A DNA stretch of 64,000 bases from Pyrinomonadaceae bacterium (GTDB lineage Bacteria > Acidobacteriota > Blastocatellia > Pyrinomonadales > Pyrinomonadaceae). Numbering within the stretch: position 1 is the stretch's first letter; every line of letters begins with the position of its first letter. This document shows, in pieces, positions 19,101-27,210 of the stretch. The notes under the pieces were generated by a model. It ran no database searches and had not been told where the DNA came from. It was given only the letters and a program-made list of their open reading frames with translations. The position numbers were made by a program, and so were the translations under genes. Where the stretch lies: contig DATEPC010000108.1 of assembly GCA_035273405.1 (NCBI GenBank), forward strand, positions 12,126-76,125, in the 5' to 3' direction.

Positions 19101-20264
19101 CGGTTCACCATAACGCAGCTCATCAATTTTCAACGTTGCCCGCGGCAATATTACTTCGAGCGGCTTTTGCGCACGCCCGGGGCGGAAGAACTTGCGGTGT
19201 GGAACGACGCCGAAGCGCCTGAGCCGCCCGCGAATTTAACGGCGACTCTGAAAGGCGCCGTCATCCACCGTTTCTGCGAAACATTTTGCGAAGGCGACAA
19301 CGCTGAGGTTCGTTTGCGCGAAAGTTTCGAGCATGTCCGCTCGATGCGCCGCGCGCAGTTGGCCGGCAGGGAATTGGGCATCGACGACGCGACGGCCGTG
19401 GCTGATTTGCTGCCGCTGGCGCAGAACTATTTGGCGAGTGATGTGTTTCGCCGCGTCGAGGCCGCAGCGCGAATGCAGCTTTCTGAAAATCCGAAATCCG
19501 AAATCCGCATTCCGAGATCTTCTCCCGGTCTTTGGAGCGAACTGCGTTTTCGTTTGCGCCGGCCGCTGGGAATTCTGACTGGCACAATCGACAAACTGCT
19601 GATCACGCCCGCCGCAGACGGTTGGGACGTTGAGATCATCGATTTCAAGACGAACCGGTTTTCGTTGGCTTTCAAAGAAAGGGTAAAAACGACCGGCGCT
19701 GCGGCCGCGGCTTCCCCCTCTCCGCACGCGGAGAGGGGGTTAGGGGGAGAGGTTGCGGCATCGCTTAACCCCACCCCCAACCCCTCCCCGCAGGCGGGGA
19801 GGGGAGGTTCGGCGCGAACCGCGCATCTTGATGGGCGAATCGCCCATCCTGGTCAGGCTGCATTTGATTTTGAGGCTGTCTCCGAGCCAGTCGCCGTCGA
19901 AGTTAACGACGCCCAACCTGCGTCTTCATTCGAAGAGCAAATCGACAATGCGGCGCGCGATTACCGTTTGCAGATGCAGGGCTACGCGCTCGCCTTGCGA
20001 GAGTTGCTGCCGGAAGACGCGCGCATCAACTCGCTGCGGGCGACGCTGCATTTCATCCATCCCAATGTTGAGGCGATCGTGACAAACGATCTTCTGGAAT
20101 ACGAAACCTGTGCGCGCGCCATCGACGACGCGATGTCAGAGATCGCGTCGCTTGACGGCACGTTGGAGATGGAGCATTTCCCCCCGATCGCTAATTCGCA
20201 CTGTCGGATATGTAATTTTCTGAGCTTCTGTTCGGCAGGCCGCGAGTGGCTGCGTGGACGGTAG
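16194..20264 (+). CDS. UvrD/Rep-type SF1 helicase fused to a PD-(D/E)XK nuclease with Cas4/AddB-type Cys cluster (AddA-like)
   Basis: Walker A is AGPGAGKT. Also LVDEFQDTN and TIHQAKGLEFPVV. The C-terminus has a DFK motif and QMQGY. Cysteines follow C...C-x2-C-x5-C (FQRCPRQYY; CRICNFLSFC). A repeat-derived insert lies at 19714-19804. Confidence 0.85.
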   Translation: MAHTSPGTSPELKPEQAVAAHTLDRHLSVTAGPGAGKTRVLVQRYLEILRTENASVDNIVAITFTNRAANEMRERVRGAIDDLLGRAAPDERERWLRHKRTLEGAVITTIHGFCSRLLHEFPVEANIDPQFVLLDEQQATMMLEAVVDDALSNAIHHGNEKIVKLAQGVGGRGVLSGVLAELYKNYRGEGLTISEIRRRAAINHLTPDDYGAAFRELDARMSELLSDRVKTPTAREEQSKFAGEWPRVRAIVSQPPSEQTTATYCQAIEDFRDVRPRKNVIKKIATIDRLLWGEDSTADDRFAGKVPRVAFDLLAKDYALAVLNLIQEIESRLTEEKQKLSVVDFDDLQLRTLRLLNEHPQLMTRISERYRFFLVDEFQDTNGLQRDLMLKLGLRTGANLFIVGDRKQSIYGFRGADVDVFREMTDAIKAAGGIQQPLHLNFRSQRPLIDCLNFVFAKTFQPSRQVGIPPEQLPELGYVEHEASVAEREARDAPPLVEFLFSILPDRQSADSEDEVQSRYESRDARERDAVQLVSRIQELAGGTHASRVLGKEKAGTPETRVPFNYGNIAVLFRALTGVGIYESALRRAGIPYLTVQGKGFYQREEITDLIQLLRFLDNTTDEIALAAVLRSPVGGISDNALFALRSAPLVGETTDGKKLPRRNLWRAVRQHRDIQFIDEEEHAELDRVATFLGDMIERRSRYSIADLLRHAVAATDFMAVIAANFDGAHRIANVEKLFRLAEAFEKSGELIRDFVHYVEKFEEIGGRETEGQIDKTANVVRLMTIHQAKGLEFPVVILPDLQRYASSQRDNSLFVLDRHRGFSVAVPDGRGGVVRGATFKELRQRAGWREEFESMRLLYVAATRAEDRLIFSGAAAEKELKNLRQTKSERWLAWLWQALELDEHPQTGVLEFGNDVQIDLRVSREPAESPSVLPANSTVSSTIDPSQPLAEIFPLLRPVEAERGTTLRRFTITQLINFQRCPRQYYFERLLRTPGAEELAVWNDAEAPEPPANLTATLKGAVIHRFCETFCEGDNAEVRLRESFEHVRSMRRAQLAGRELGIDDATAVADLLPLAQNYLASDVFRRVEAAARMQLSENPKSEIRIPRSSPGLWSELRFRLRRPLGILTGTIDKLLITPAADGWDVEIIDFKTNRFSLAFKERVKTTGAAAAASPSPHAERGLGGEVAASLNPTPNPSPQAGRGGSARTAHLDGRIAHPGQAAFDFEAVSEPVAVEVNDAQPASSFEEQIDNAARDYRLQMQGYALALRELLPEDARINSLRATLHFIHPNVEAIVTNDLLEYETCARAIDDAMSEIASLDGTLEMEHFPPIANSHCRICNFLSFCSAGREWLRGR
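19714..19804. repeat. REPIN-C doublet inside the helicase-nuclease CDS (in frame)
   Basis: Structure is ccccctctccgc-acgc-ggagagggg + gttagggggagaggt, a spacer, then ccccacccccaac + ccctccccgc-aggc-ggggaggg. Boundaries are good to a few nt. Confidence 0.75.
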
Positions 20265-20270
20265 ACGGAG

Positions 20271-20319
20271 GTGGCACGGGCGTCCCGCCCGTGAATCACG
20301 CGCAGGATGCGCGTGCCAC
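20271..20319. repeat. REP-B double-hairpin element (GTGGCAC...GTGCCAC)
   Basis: gtggcacgggcgtcccgcccgtgaatcacgcgcaggatgcgcgtgccac. Identical to the copy at 39264-39312. Confidence 0.8.
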
Positions 20320-20326
20320 AGTCGTC

Positions 20327-20962
20327 CTAATCCTGTTTCAAGTTCAGTGTCGTGTGTTCGGTAACTGAGGCGCCTTTTCCCGAAGCGAGATTGGAAGTCG
20401 TCGGCGAGCGCAGCATTGGTGTTTCGGTCGAGCGGGCGTGCGGCGGGGTGTAACCCGCACCGAGCAAATCCTGGATCTTTGCGTTTGGTAAACGATCGTC
20501 CAACGCCTTACGCGTCTTAGTGAAGAGCAATCCATTTAAGATAAAACCAAGTCCCAGTGTGAAAGCAGTTATCCCCAGACCGCCAATCCAAAGAGCGGCT
20601 TCAAGGTCCGGACCAGTTACCACTGCTGACATGATTAACCCGAGCGTGCCGGCGCCTAAACCGCAAGAGCTGATGATCGTGCCCACGCGCACACGACGCA
20701 GCCGTTTTTCTTCGGGCGACTCGAGGAATTTTTCAACCTGCGGCAGGACGCTGTCCGTCACAATCTTCAACTCGACTGCGTCTTTTACTGAGCGAATTCT
20801 ATCGGCGACGGCGCGGCCAATCTCGTCGCGTGCCGACATGGCAGATGCCGTAATCGAGTCAGGCCGCTCCAGAGTAATACGCACCGCGCGCATATCCACG
20901 CCGCAGGCGCGGCAGAACTGACTTGCCTGACGTTCTTCGGATCCGCAACCTGGACAGTACAT
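20327..20962 (-). CDS. zinc-ribbon domain membrane protein
   Basis: N-terminal MYCPGCGSEERQASQFCRACG (CxxC...CxxC) and two central TM helices. Confidence 0.5.
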   Translation of the reverse strand: MYCPGCGSEERQASQFCRACGVDMRAVRITLERPDSITASAMSARDEIGRAVADRIRSVKDAVELKIVTDSVLPQVEKFLESPEEKRLRRVRVGTIISSCGLGAGTLGLIMSAVVTGPDLEAALWIGGLGITAFTLGLGFILNGLLFTKTRKALDDRLPNAKIQDLLGAGYTPPHARSTETPMLRSPTTSNLASGKGASVTEHTTLNLKQD

Positions 20963-21025
20963 GTTGAAGAGCTATACGCCGCCATTTACGAACGGTTCAA
21001 CGGAAAACCTTCGGGTGGTTTGGAT

Positions 21026-21077
21026 GCGAGACTTGTCCCGCTCTTTCCGCCGGTCAAGTCCGGCTTCTAAACGGAAT
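21026..21077. repeat. REP-F copy
   Basis: gcgagacttgtcccgc ... gccggtcaagtccggcttctaaacggaatc. Shares GGCTTCTAAACGGAATC with 31702-31718. Confidence 0.55.
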
Positions 21078-21087
21078 CCTCGCCGAT

Positions 21088-21366
21088 TTAACCACCGCTC
21101 ACCGCGGGCATGATGCAAATGTCAGCCGTGCCGTCGAGCGCCTTATCCAGCACTTCGTCGCGCCGGACGACGCTGCTGTTCACAAAAATGTTCACGTGCT
21201 GCCGGACCTCGCCTTGCTCAGTCAAAACCCGATCGCGCAACCCGCCGTGGCGGTTCCAAAGCTCGTTCAAGGCTTCGCGTACCGTCGCCGGCTGCGCATC
21301 AAGCTTTAGTTCGGCGTTGCCGCCAGTGAAGTCGGTCAGATGGCCCGTAATTTGAAAAGTAATCAT
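21088..21366 (-). CDS. MoaD/ThiS-family ubiquitin-like sulfur carrier
   Basis: 92 aa with a beta-grasp-like pattern, ending in ...IMPAVSGG (C-terminal Gly-Gly). Confidence 0.65.
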   Translation of the reverse strand: MITFQITGHLTDFTGGNAELKLDAQPATVREALNELWNRHGGLRDRVLTEQGEVRQHVNIFVNSSVVRRDEVLDKALDGTADICIMPAVSGG

Positions 21367-21434
21367 CTACCGCAGTGCGCGAGTCCCGACCAGTCGGGAT
21401 TCAGTTTATACTGACACCGCACCTTCTACCTTGA

Positions 21435-22334
21435 ATGTCCACTCCGAGTCAAAAACCGGGCCCTGAAGAATTGAAAGAGCGCGTGCGCGTTTTCTGGCAG
21501 GCGCACCCCTGCGGCACGAAGTTCAGCGACGCTGAGATCGGCACGCCTGAATTCTTCGAACGCGTCGAAGCGCATCGTTACGAGAAAGAACGGCACATTC
21601 CGCGGGCGGCTGACTTTCAAAACACGCGCGGTCTGCGGGTGCTCGAGATTGGCTGCGGCATGGGCACCGACGGCGCGCAGTTCGCGAAGGCTGGTGCGAT
21701 TTATACGGGTATCGATCTGACGGACGCCGCGGTCGAGTTGGCGCGCAAACGATTCCAGGTGTCGGGCTTGAAAGGTGAGTTTCACGTTGCTGATGCCGAG
21801 CGTCTCGACTTTCCTGATGCTTCGTTTGATTTGGTTTACTCGCACGGAGTTCTGCATCACACGCCTGACATCGAAGCGGCGGTGCGCGAAATTCATCGAG
21901 TGCTGAAGCCCGGCGGCCGGGCCATGGTGATGTTGTATCATCGAGGCAGCTATAACTATCGCGTCGGGATTCGGGTTTTGCGGCGCGCCGGAGCGGGGTT
22001 GCTGACAAGCGAAGCCGGAATCAAACTAATCAACCTGCTGACGCGCGAACCAATCGACTCGCTAAGAGAGCACGCGGAACTGGCCAGGAACGGTAACTCT
22101 TCGGCGGATGATTTTCTCAGCCAGAGTACCGACGGGGCCGGCAATCCCCTTGCTCGGGTCTATTCGCGACGCGAAGCCCGCGAGTTATTCAAAGATTTCT
22201 CCGGCGTCGAGTTGCGAGCGTATTTTTTGAACAAGCGATTCATACCTCTCATCGGCAACTTTCTGCCGCGCGCAGTTGAATCCGCGCTCGCATCGCGTTG
22301 GGGCTGGCATCTGTGGATCTATGCGACGAAATAG
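21435..22334 (+). CDS. class I SAM-dependent methyltransferase
   Basis: Motif I VLEIGCGMGTDG and post-I motifs DLVYSHGVLHH and LKPGGRAMV. Confidence 0.75.
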   Translation: MSTPSQKPGPEELKERVRVFWQAHPCGTKFSDAEIGTPEFFERVEAHRYEKERHIPRAADFQNTRGLRVLEIGCGMGTDGAQFAKAGAIYTGIDLTDAAVELARKRFQVSGLKGEFHVADAERLDFPDASFDLVYSHGVLHHTPDIEAAVREIHRVLKPGGRAMVMLYHRGSYNYRVGIRVLRRAGAGLLTSEAGIKLINLLTREPIDSLREHAELARNGNSSADDFLSQSTDGAGNPLARVYSRREARELFKDFSGVELRAYFLNKRFIPLIGNFLPRAVESALASRWGWHLWIYATK

Positions 22335-22418
22335 CTATCAGCCTTGAGCTCTCGGCTTTCAGCAAAGGTGGTACCCGCTAGTTGCTGGCTAAAAGCTGAA
22401 GGCCGATAGCCGACAGCT
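22335..22418. repeat. REP-L inverted pair
   Basis: ctctcggctttcagc and, on the opposite strand, ctatcggccttcagc, spaced about 40 nt apart. Confidence 0.4.
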
Positions 22419-22419
22419 T

Positions 22420-23385
22420 ATGAAAAACATCCTTATCACTGGCGGCGCAGGCTTCATCGGATCGCACCTGGTTGAGCGATTGCTCGGCGAAGGCGATTGG
22501 CGCATCACAGTCGTCGACGACTTCAACGACTTCTACTCGCCCGCAATCAAACGCGAGAACGTGGGCCCGCATCTTTCGAATCCGAACTTCAAGTTGATTG
22601 AAGCTGACATTCGCGATGCGGATGCGCTTGCATCGGCATTCGAGGACACGAAGTACGAGTGCATTGTGCATCTTGCCGCGCGCGCCGGCGTCCGTCCGTC
22701 TTTGAAGGAACCGCGTTTGTATGTCGAGACTAACGTCAACGGCACGGTGAACCTCCTCGAACTGGCTCGAGCTCATAAAGTGAAGCAGTTTGTGTTCGGA
22801 TCATCGTCCTCGGTTTACGGCGTTAACCCGAAAGTTCCGTTCAGCGAAGACGATCCAATTTTCAATCCGATCTCGCCGTATGCCGCGACGAAAGCGGCGG
22901 GCGAGTTGATCTGCCATTCCTACTCGCATCTCTACGACATGCGAATTGTCTGCCTGCGATTCTTTACCGTGTATGGTGCGCGCCAGCGGCCTGACCTGGC
23001 GATACACAAATTCGCGAAGCTGATTAGCGACGGAAAACCAATTCCCGTTTTCGGCGACGGCACGACGCGCCGCGATTACACTTACGTTGATGACATCATC
23101 GCCGGCGTTCGCGCGGCGATTGATTACGATCAGACAAACTACGAAGTCATTAACCTCGGCGAGTCGCGCACGGTGGAATTGCGCGAGCTGATCTCGTTGA
23201 TCGAAACAGAGCTTGGCACGCGCGCGCAAATTGATTGGCAGCCACCCCAGCCCGGCGACGTGCCGCAAACATTCGCGGACATTTCAAAGGCGCGCAAGCT
23301 GCTGGGGTACAACCCACAGACGCAAATCGAAACCGGTATTCAAAGATTTGTTCAATGGTTCAAATCGCGCCAGAAGGGGCAGTAG
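22420..23385 (+). CDS. NAD-dependent nucleotide-sugar epimerase/dehydratase (UDP-glucuronate 4-epimerase-like)
   Basis: [13 protein letters not shown] Rossmann motif, catalytic YAATKAAGE (YxxxK), extended SDR length. Confidence 0.85.
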   Translation: MKNILITGGAGFIGSHLVERLLGEGDWRITVVDDFNDFYSPAIKRENVGPHLSNPNFKLIEADIRDADALASAFEDTKYECIVHLAARAGVRPSLKEPRLYVETNVNGTVNLLELARAHKVKQFVFGSSSSVYGVNPKVPFSEDDPIFNPISPYAATKAAGELICHSYSHLYDMRIVCLRFFTVYGARQRPDLAIHKFAKLISDGKPIPVFGDGTTRRDYTYVDDIIAGVRAAIDYDQTNYEVINLGESRTVELRELISLIETELGTRAQIDWQPPQPGDVPQTFADISKARKLLGYNPQTQIETGIQRFVQWFKSRQKGQ

Positions 23386-23452
23386 CCCGACCGTAAGGGA
23401 GGGCTCCAATGCACCCTATCTGAGCCCTCCCTTACGGTCGGGCTACTGCCCC
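23377..23452. repeat. REP-E long hairpin, probably acting as terminator of the epimerase gene
   Basis: ggggcagtagcccgaccgtaagggagggctc ... gagccctcccttacggtcgggctactgcccc, followed by TTTTT. The TAG stop (23383-23385) lies in the left arm. Confidence 0.65.
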
Positions 23453-23526
23453 TTTTTGCAGACTAGTCTTGTCGCCCATACTGCAATCCCGCGCCAATCA
23501 GTTTAAAATGCGACGGTTCAAAGGAG

Positions 23527-24549
23527 TTGCATTTGATTACGACTGAATTCAAAGTGCCGCCACGTTTGGCCGAATCATCGCTGGATGGTGACGCGCCGGA
23601 GATCTCAGTTTTTCTGCCGGTATTCAACGAAGAGCCGAACTTGAGACCGCTTCACGAGAAGCTGGATCGCTCGCTCCGGCAGCTCGGCCGCAGCGCCGAG
23701 ATTATCTATGTGGATGATGGCTCTGCTGACGGCAGTCTGTCGGTGCTGCGCGAGATCGCGGCGCGCGACAGCCGTGTGCGCGTAATCGCTCTGCGACGAA
23801 ACTATGGCCAGACACCCGCTATGGCCGCCGGCATCGACGCCGCGCGCGGCGAAGTCCTGATTCCGATGGATGCGGATCTGCAAAACGATCCGGCGGACAT
23901 CACGCGGCTGTTGGACAAACTAGACGAGGGTTTTGACGTCGTCTCCGGTTGGCGAAAGAATCGCAAAGACCCACTGATCACACGGAAGATTCCTTCACAG
24001 ATGGCGAACTGGTTGATCTCAAAAATCGGAGGCGTGCCGCTGCACGATTACGGTTGCTCTTTGAAAGCTTACCGGCGCGAATCGCTTCAGGACGTACAGC
24101 TTTACGGCGAGATGCATCGCTTCATTCCGATCTACGCGTCATGGTCCGGCGCGCGCGTCGCGGAAATCCCCGTCGAGCATCATCCGCGCACGATGGGTAA
24201 GTCGAAATACGGTCTGTCACGCACGATCAAAGTTGTGTTCGATCTGATGACGATCAAATTCATGGCGTCGTATCAGACAAAGCCGCTTTACGTTTTTGGT
24301 TGGGCAGGGCTGTTGACGTTTGCTGTGTCGGCCCTGTGCGCCGTGCTCGCGTTCGTGATGAAATTCGCAAATTGGCCGCATCACGCGGACTTTGTCGAGA
24401 CACCACTGCCGGTCTTGACCATGGTCCTGCTCGTTTTGGGCGTGCAGTTTTTCTTAATGGGGCTACTCGCCGAGATGCTGGTGCGCACGTATCACGAATC
24501 GCAGGCGAAACGGATCTATGCGGTGCGCGAGCGCATCGGTTTTGAGTAG
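23527..24549 (+). CDS. family 2 glycosyltransferase (polyprenyl-phosphate sugar transferase, ArnC/GtrB/DPM1-like)
   Basis: ISVFLPVFNEE, YVDDGSADGS, DADLQNDP (DxD) and C-terminal TM helices. The start codon is uncertain (TTG 23527). Confidence 0.8.
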   Translation: MHLITTEFKVPPRLAESSLDGDAPEISVFLPVFNEEPNLRPLHEKLDRSLRQLGRSAEIIYVDDGSADGSLSVLREIAARDSRVRVIALRRNYGQTPAMAAGIDAARGEVLIPMDADLQNDPADITRLLDKLDEGFDVVSGWRKNRKDPLITRKIPSQMANWLISKIGGVPLHDYGCSLKAYRRESLQDVQLYGEMHRFIPIYASWSGARVAEIPVEHHPRTMGKSKYGLSRTIKVVFDLMTIKFMASYQTKPLYVFGWAGLLTFAVSALCAVLAFVMKFANWPHHADFVETPLPVLTMVLLVLGVQFFLMGLLAEMLVRTYHESQAKRIYAVRERIGFE

Positions 24550-25109
24550 GGGCAGGGCTTGTCCCTGCCCGTTCGAGGTTTGTCCCTACCCAGGGAATTG
24601 TTTGTAACCGTCATGCCGAGTGAACAGGTTAATCGAAAGAATAGCCTCAGATTGCGAGGGTTCGACTATTCCTGGCCACGAGTGTATTTCGTAACTATTA
24701 TCTGTCACCAACGCGACGCAAAATTTAAAGACGAGCGTGTGGCAGCGGCAACAATTGAATGCCTCAAGAACCTGCGGGTTCAATTATCTTTTGGCGTTTT
24801 CATTTACTGCCTGATGCCAAATCATTTTCACGCTCTGTTCGGTCCAAGAGAATCAGCGAAGACCTTGGGTTCAATTTGCGGGGCGTTCAAAAGTTTATCG
24901 ACTCGCCATTACTGGAATTGGCACCGCGGCAAACTATGGCAGCGGCAATTCTTTGATCACATCATCCGTAACCAACAGGATTTTGAGGAAACTGTTGAAT
25001 ACATTCGGATGAATCCAGTGCGACGTGGCTTAGTTGCTGACCCCGCTGAGTGGCCGTACACCGGCCGGCTCGATTATTTGGGAAAGCGGGCAGGGACAAG
25101 CCCTGCCCC
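24549..25109 (+). mobile_element. RAYT unit bounded by perfect inverted 22-nt REP-G hairpins
   Basis: ggggcagggcttgtccctgccc (24549-24570) and gggcagggacaagccctgcccc (25088-25109) are exact reverse complements and bracket the RAYT gene. Confidence 0.7.
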
Positions 25110-25119
25110 TACACATTGA
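24613..25119 (+). CDS. REP-associated tyrosine transposase (RAYT, IS200/IS605 Y1 family)
   Basis: HUH motif in LMPNHFHALF. Also WQRQFFDHIIRN. Catalytic Tyr motif VEYIRMNPVRRGL. Start taken at ATG 24613. Confidence 0.8.
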   Translation: MPSEQVNRKNSLRLRGFDYSWPRVYFVTIICHQRDAKFKDERVAAATIECLKNLRVQLSFGVFIYCLMPNHFHALFGPRESAKTLGSICGAFKSLSTRHYWNWHRGKLWQRQFFDHIIRNQQDFEETVEYIRMNPVRRGLVADPAEWPYTGRLDYLGKRAGTSPAPTH

Positions 25120-25123
25120 CGTT

Positions 25124-27055
25124 ATGTGCGGAATTGCCGGCTGGGCCAATCTAAATCCACGCACACCGCCGCATAACGGCGCGGAAGAACTCTTGCGCTC
25201 GATGTGCGATCGCATGGTTCATCGCGGGCCGGATTCAGAAGGCTATATGATCGATGACGGGGTCGCCCTGGGCATGCGTAGGCTCGCGATTATCGATCTA
25301 CTCACCGGCGAGCAGCCCACCTTCAGCGAGGACCACAGCGTCGCGGTAATTCTCAACGGTGAAATTTACAACTATCGCGAGCTGCGCGCGGACCTCGAAG
25401 CGCGTGGACATACATTTCGGAGCGCGTCTGACACTGAAGTCCTGCCACACCTTTACGAAGAATACGGCCGCGACATGGTCGAGCACATTAACGGCATGTT
25501 CGCGTTTGCGCTGTGGGACGATCGCCGCCGCCGCTTGTTCCTGGCGCGGGATCGATTTGGTGAGAAGCCGCTTTACTGGGGCGTGTTCGATGGCGCTTTG
25601 CTGTTCGCGTCAGAACCGAAAGTGCTGCTCGCGCACCCCTCAGTGCGACCGGATCTCAATCTCAATGCGCTGCGACAGTATCTTTCGTTCGATTATGTTC
25701 CGGCGCCGCTTTCGATTTATGAGGGCATCGGCAAGCTGCCGGCGGCGCACCATCTGACGCTCGAAGACGGTCGAATCGAAGTCCGCCGCTACTGGCAACT
25801 GAGTTACAAAACGCAGCAACCGGCGCCGACCGTTGCGGAAGCTGCATCGCAGCTCCAGGATTTGCTCCAGGATTCGGTGCGCATGCGACTTGTCTCGGAC
25901 GTGCCGCTCGGTGTGTTGCTTTCGGGCGGCATCGATTCTTCGATGGTGACGGCGCTGGCGGTGCGGGCGTCTTCAGAAACGGTCAAGACCTTCTCGATCT
26001 CATTTGCCGAAAGCTCGTTCGACGAATCGGAGTACGCGCGTCGCGTCGCGGCTTATCTCGGCACGGATCATCACGAAGAGCGATTCAGCGCGAGCCTCGC
26101 GGCAAATCTCGTCAGTGAAATTGGCGCGTGGATGGACGAGCCTATGAGCGATCCTTCACTCATGCCGACGTATCTGCTGTCGCGGTTCACGCGCAAGCAC
26201 GTGACGGTGGCGCTCGGCGGTGACGGTGGCGACGAATTGTTCGCCGGTTACCCGATGTATTTTGGTCACCAAATGGCCCGCGCGTACCAACTGATTCCGC
26301 GACCGCTCCGGGTGGGACTTATCGAACGGATCGTGAATGGGCTGCCGGTGAAAACGAAGAACCTGTCGTTCGATTACCGCGCGCGACGGTTCGTGGCCGC
26401 CTCGCATTACGACGCAGTCGCACGCCATCACGTCTGGTTCGGTTCGTTCACGCCGCGCGATCAGGATTTGTTGCTGAGTAATGAAGTCAGGGCGGCGAGT
26501 GACGGCGATATTTATCGCGACGCCCGTCGCATGTTTGCTGAGTGCGACTCAAACGATTTGACCGAGTGCATGCAAAGCCTTGACGCGCAGCTTTATCTCG
26601 CGGAAGACATCCTGACGAAAGTCGATCGGGCCAGCATGGCGGTGAGTTTGGAAGTGCGCGCGCCGTACCTCGATCCGCGCGTCGCTGAATTCGCGGCCTC
26701 GCTTCCGTCGCACTACAAACTTCACGGCTACACCTCGAAGTACATTCTGAAGCGTGCCGCGAAAGGCTTAATCCCTGCGTTTGTCGGGCGACGCGGCAAA
26801 AAAGGTTTCGGCGTGCCGTTCGCCAAGTGGTTGAAAGGCGAGTTGCGTCCCTTGGCCCGTGACCTTCTGTCGCCAGAGCGTTTGCGTCGCGGCGGCTTGT
26901 TCAATCCGGAGTACGTTAAGCGTTTACAGGACGAGCACGAGCGGGGCGTCGCCAATCACCGTAAGCTGCTTTGGACGCTTCTCTCGTTCGAGTTGTGGCG
27001 CGAGAGTTTTGTCGAGACGCCGCGGCGGATCGAAACATCATTGACCGCGCAGTAA
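25124..27055 (+). CDS. asnB: asparagine synthase (glutamine-hydrolysing) family amidotransferase
   Basis: N-terminal MCGIAG (Ntn Cys2), LNGEIYNY, and SGGIDSS PP-loop. The start is ATG 25124 because the 25034 start is REP/RAYT overlap. Confidence 0.9.
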   Translation: MCGIAGWANLNPRTPPHNGAEELLRSMCDRMVHRGPDSEGYMIDDGVALGMRRLAIIDLLTGEQPTFSEDHSVAVILNGEIYNYRELRADLEARGHTFRSASDTEVLPHLYEEYGRDMVEHINGMFAFALWDDRRRRLFLARDRFGEKPLYWGVFDGALLFASEPKVLLAHPSVRPDLNLNALRQYLSFDYVPAPLSIYEGIGKLPAAHHLTLEDGRIEVRRYWQLSYKTQQPAPTVAEAASQLQDLLQDSVRMRLVSDVPLGVLLSGGIDSSMVTALAVRASSETVKTFSISFAESSFDESEYARRVAAYLGTDHHEERFSASLAANLVSEIGAWMDEPMSDPSLMPTYLLSRFTRKHVTVALGGDGGDELFAGYPMYFGHQMARAYQLIPRPLRVGLIERIVNGLPVKTKNLSFDYRARRFVAASHYDAVARHHVWFGSFTPRDQDLLLSNEVRAASDGDIYRDARRMFAECDSNDLTECMQSLDAQLYLAEDILTKVDRASMAVSLEVRAPYLDPRVAEFAASLPSHYKLHGYTSKYILKRAAKGLIPAFVGRRGKKGFGVPFAKWLKGELRPLARDLLSPERLRRGGLFNPEYVKRLQDEHERGVANHRKLLWTLLSFELWRESFVETPRRIETSLTAQ

Positions 27056-27068
27056 TTTGGAGTGCCGT

Positions 27069-27193
27069 TCCCTCTCCCTTTGGGACAGGGTTAGGGTGAG
27101 GGTTCTAGCGCACGAAAGTGAAAACTTATTCTATTCTTTTTTTTAGCCGCTAAGCTTCGCTCCCTCACCCCAGCCCTCTCCCACGGAGAGAGG
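27069..27193. repeat. REPIN-C doublet, intergenic copy
   Basis: tccctctccctttgggacagggttagggtgagggt ... ctccctcaccccagccctctcccacggagagaggg, separated by an AT-rich spacer. Confidence 0.65.
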
Positions 27194-27210
27194 GAAGCCT
27201 GAGCCTCCAT

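Noticed and set aside
21088-21366. MoaD/ThiS-like protein as part of a ubiquitin-like conjugation or defence module
   Set aside because: No E1-like, JAMM or other partner gene is adjacent. The neighbours are a zinc-ribbon membrane protein and a divergent methyltransferase. It most likely has a sulfur-carrier role, with partners elsewhere.
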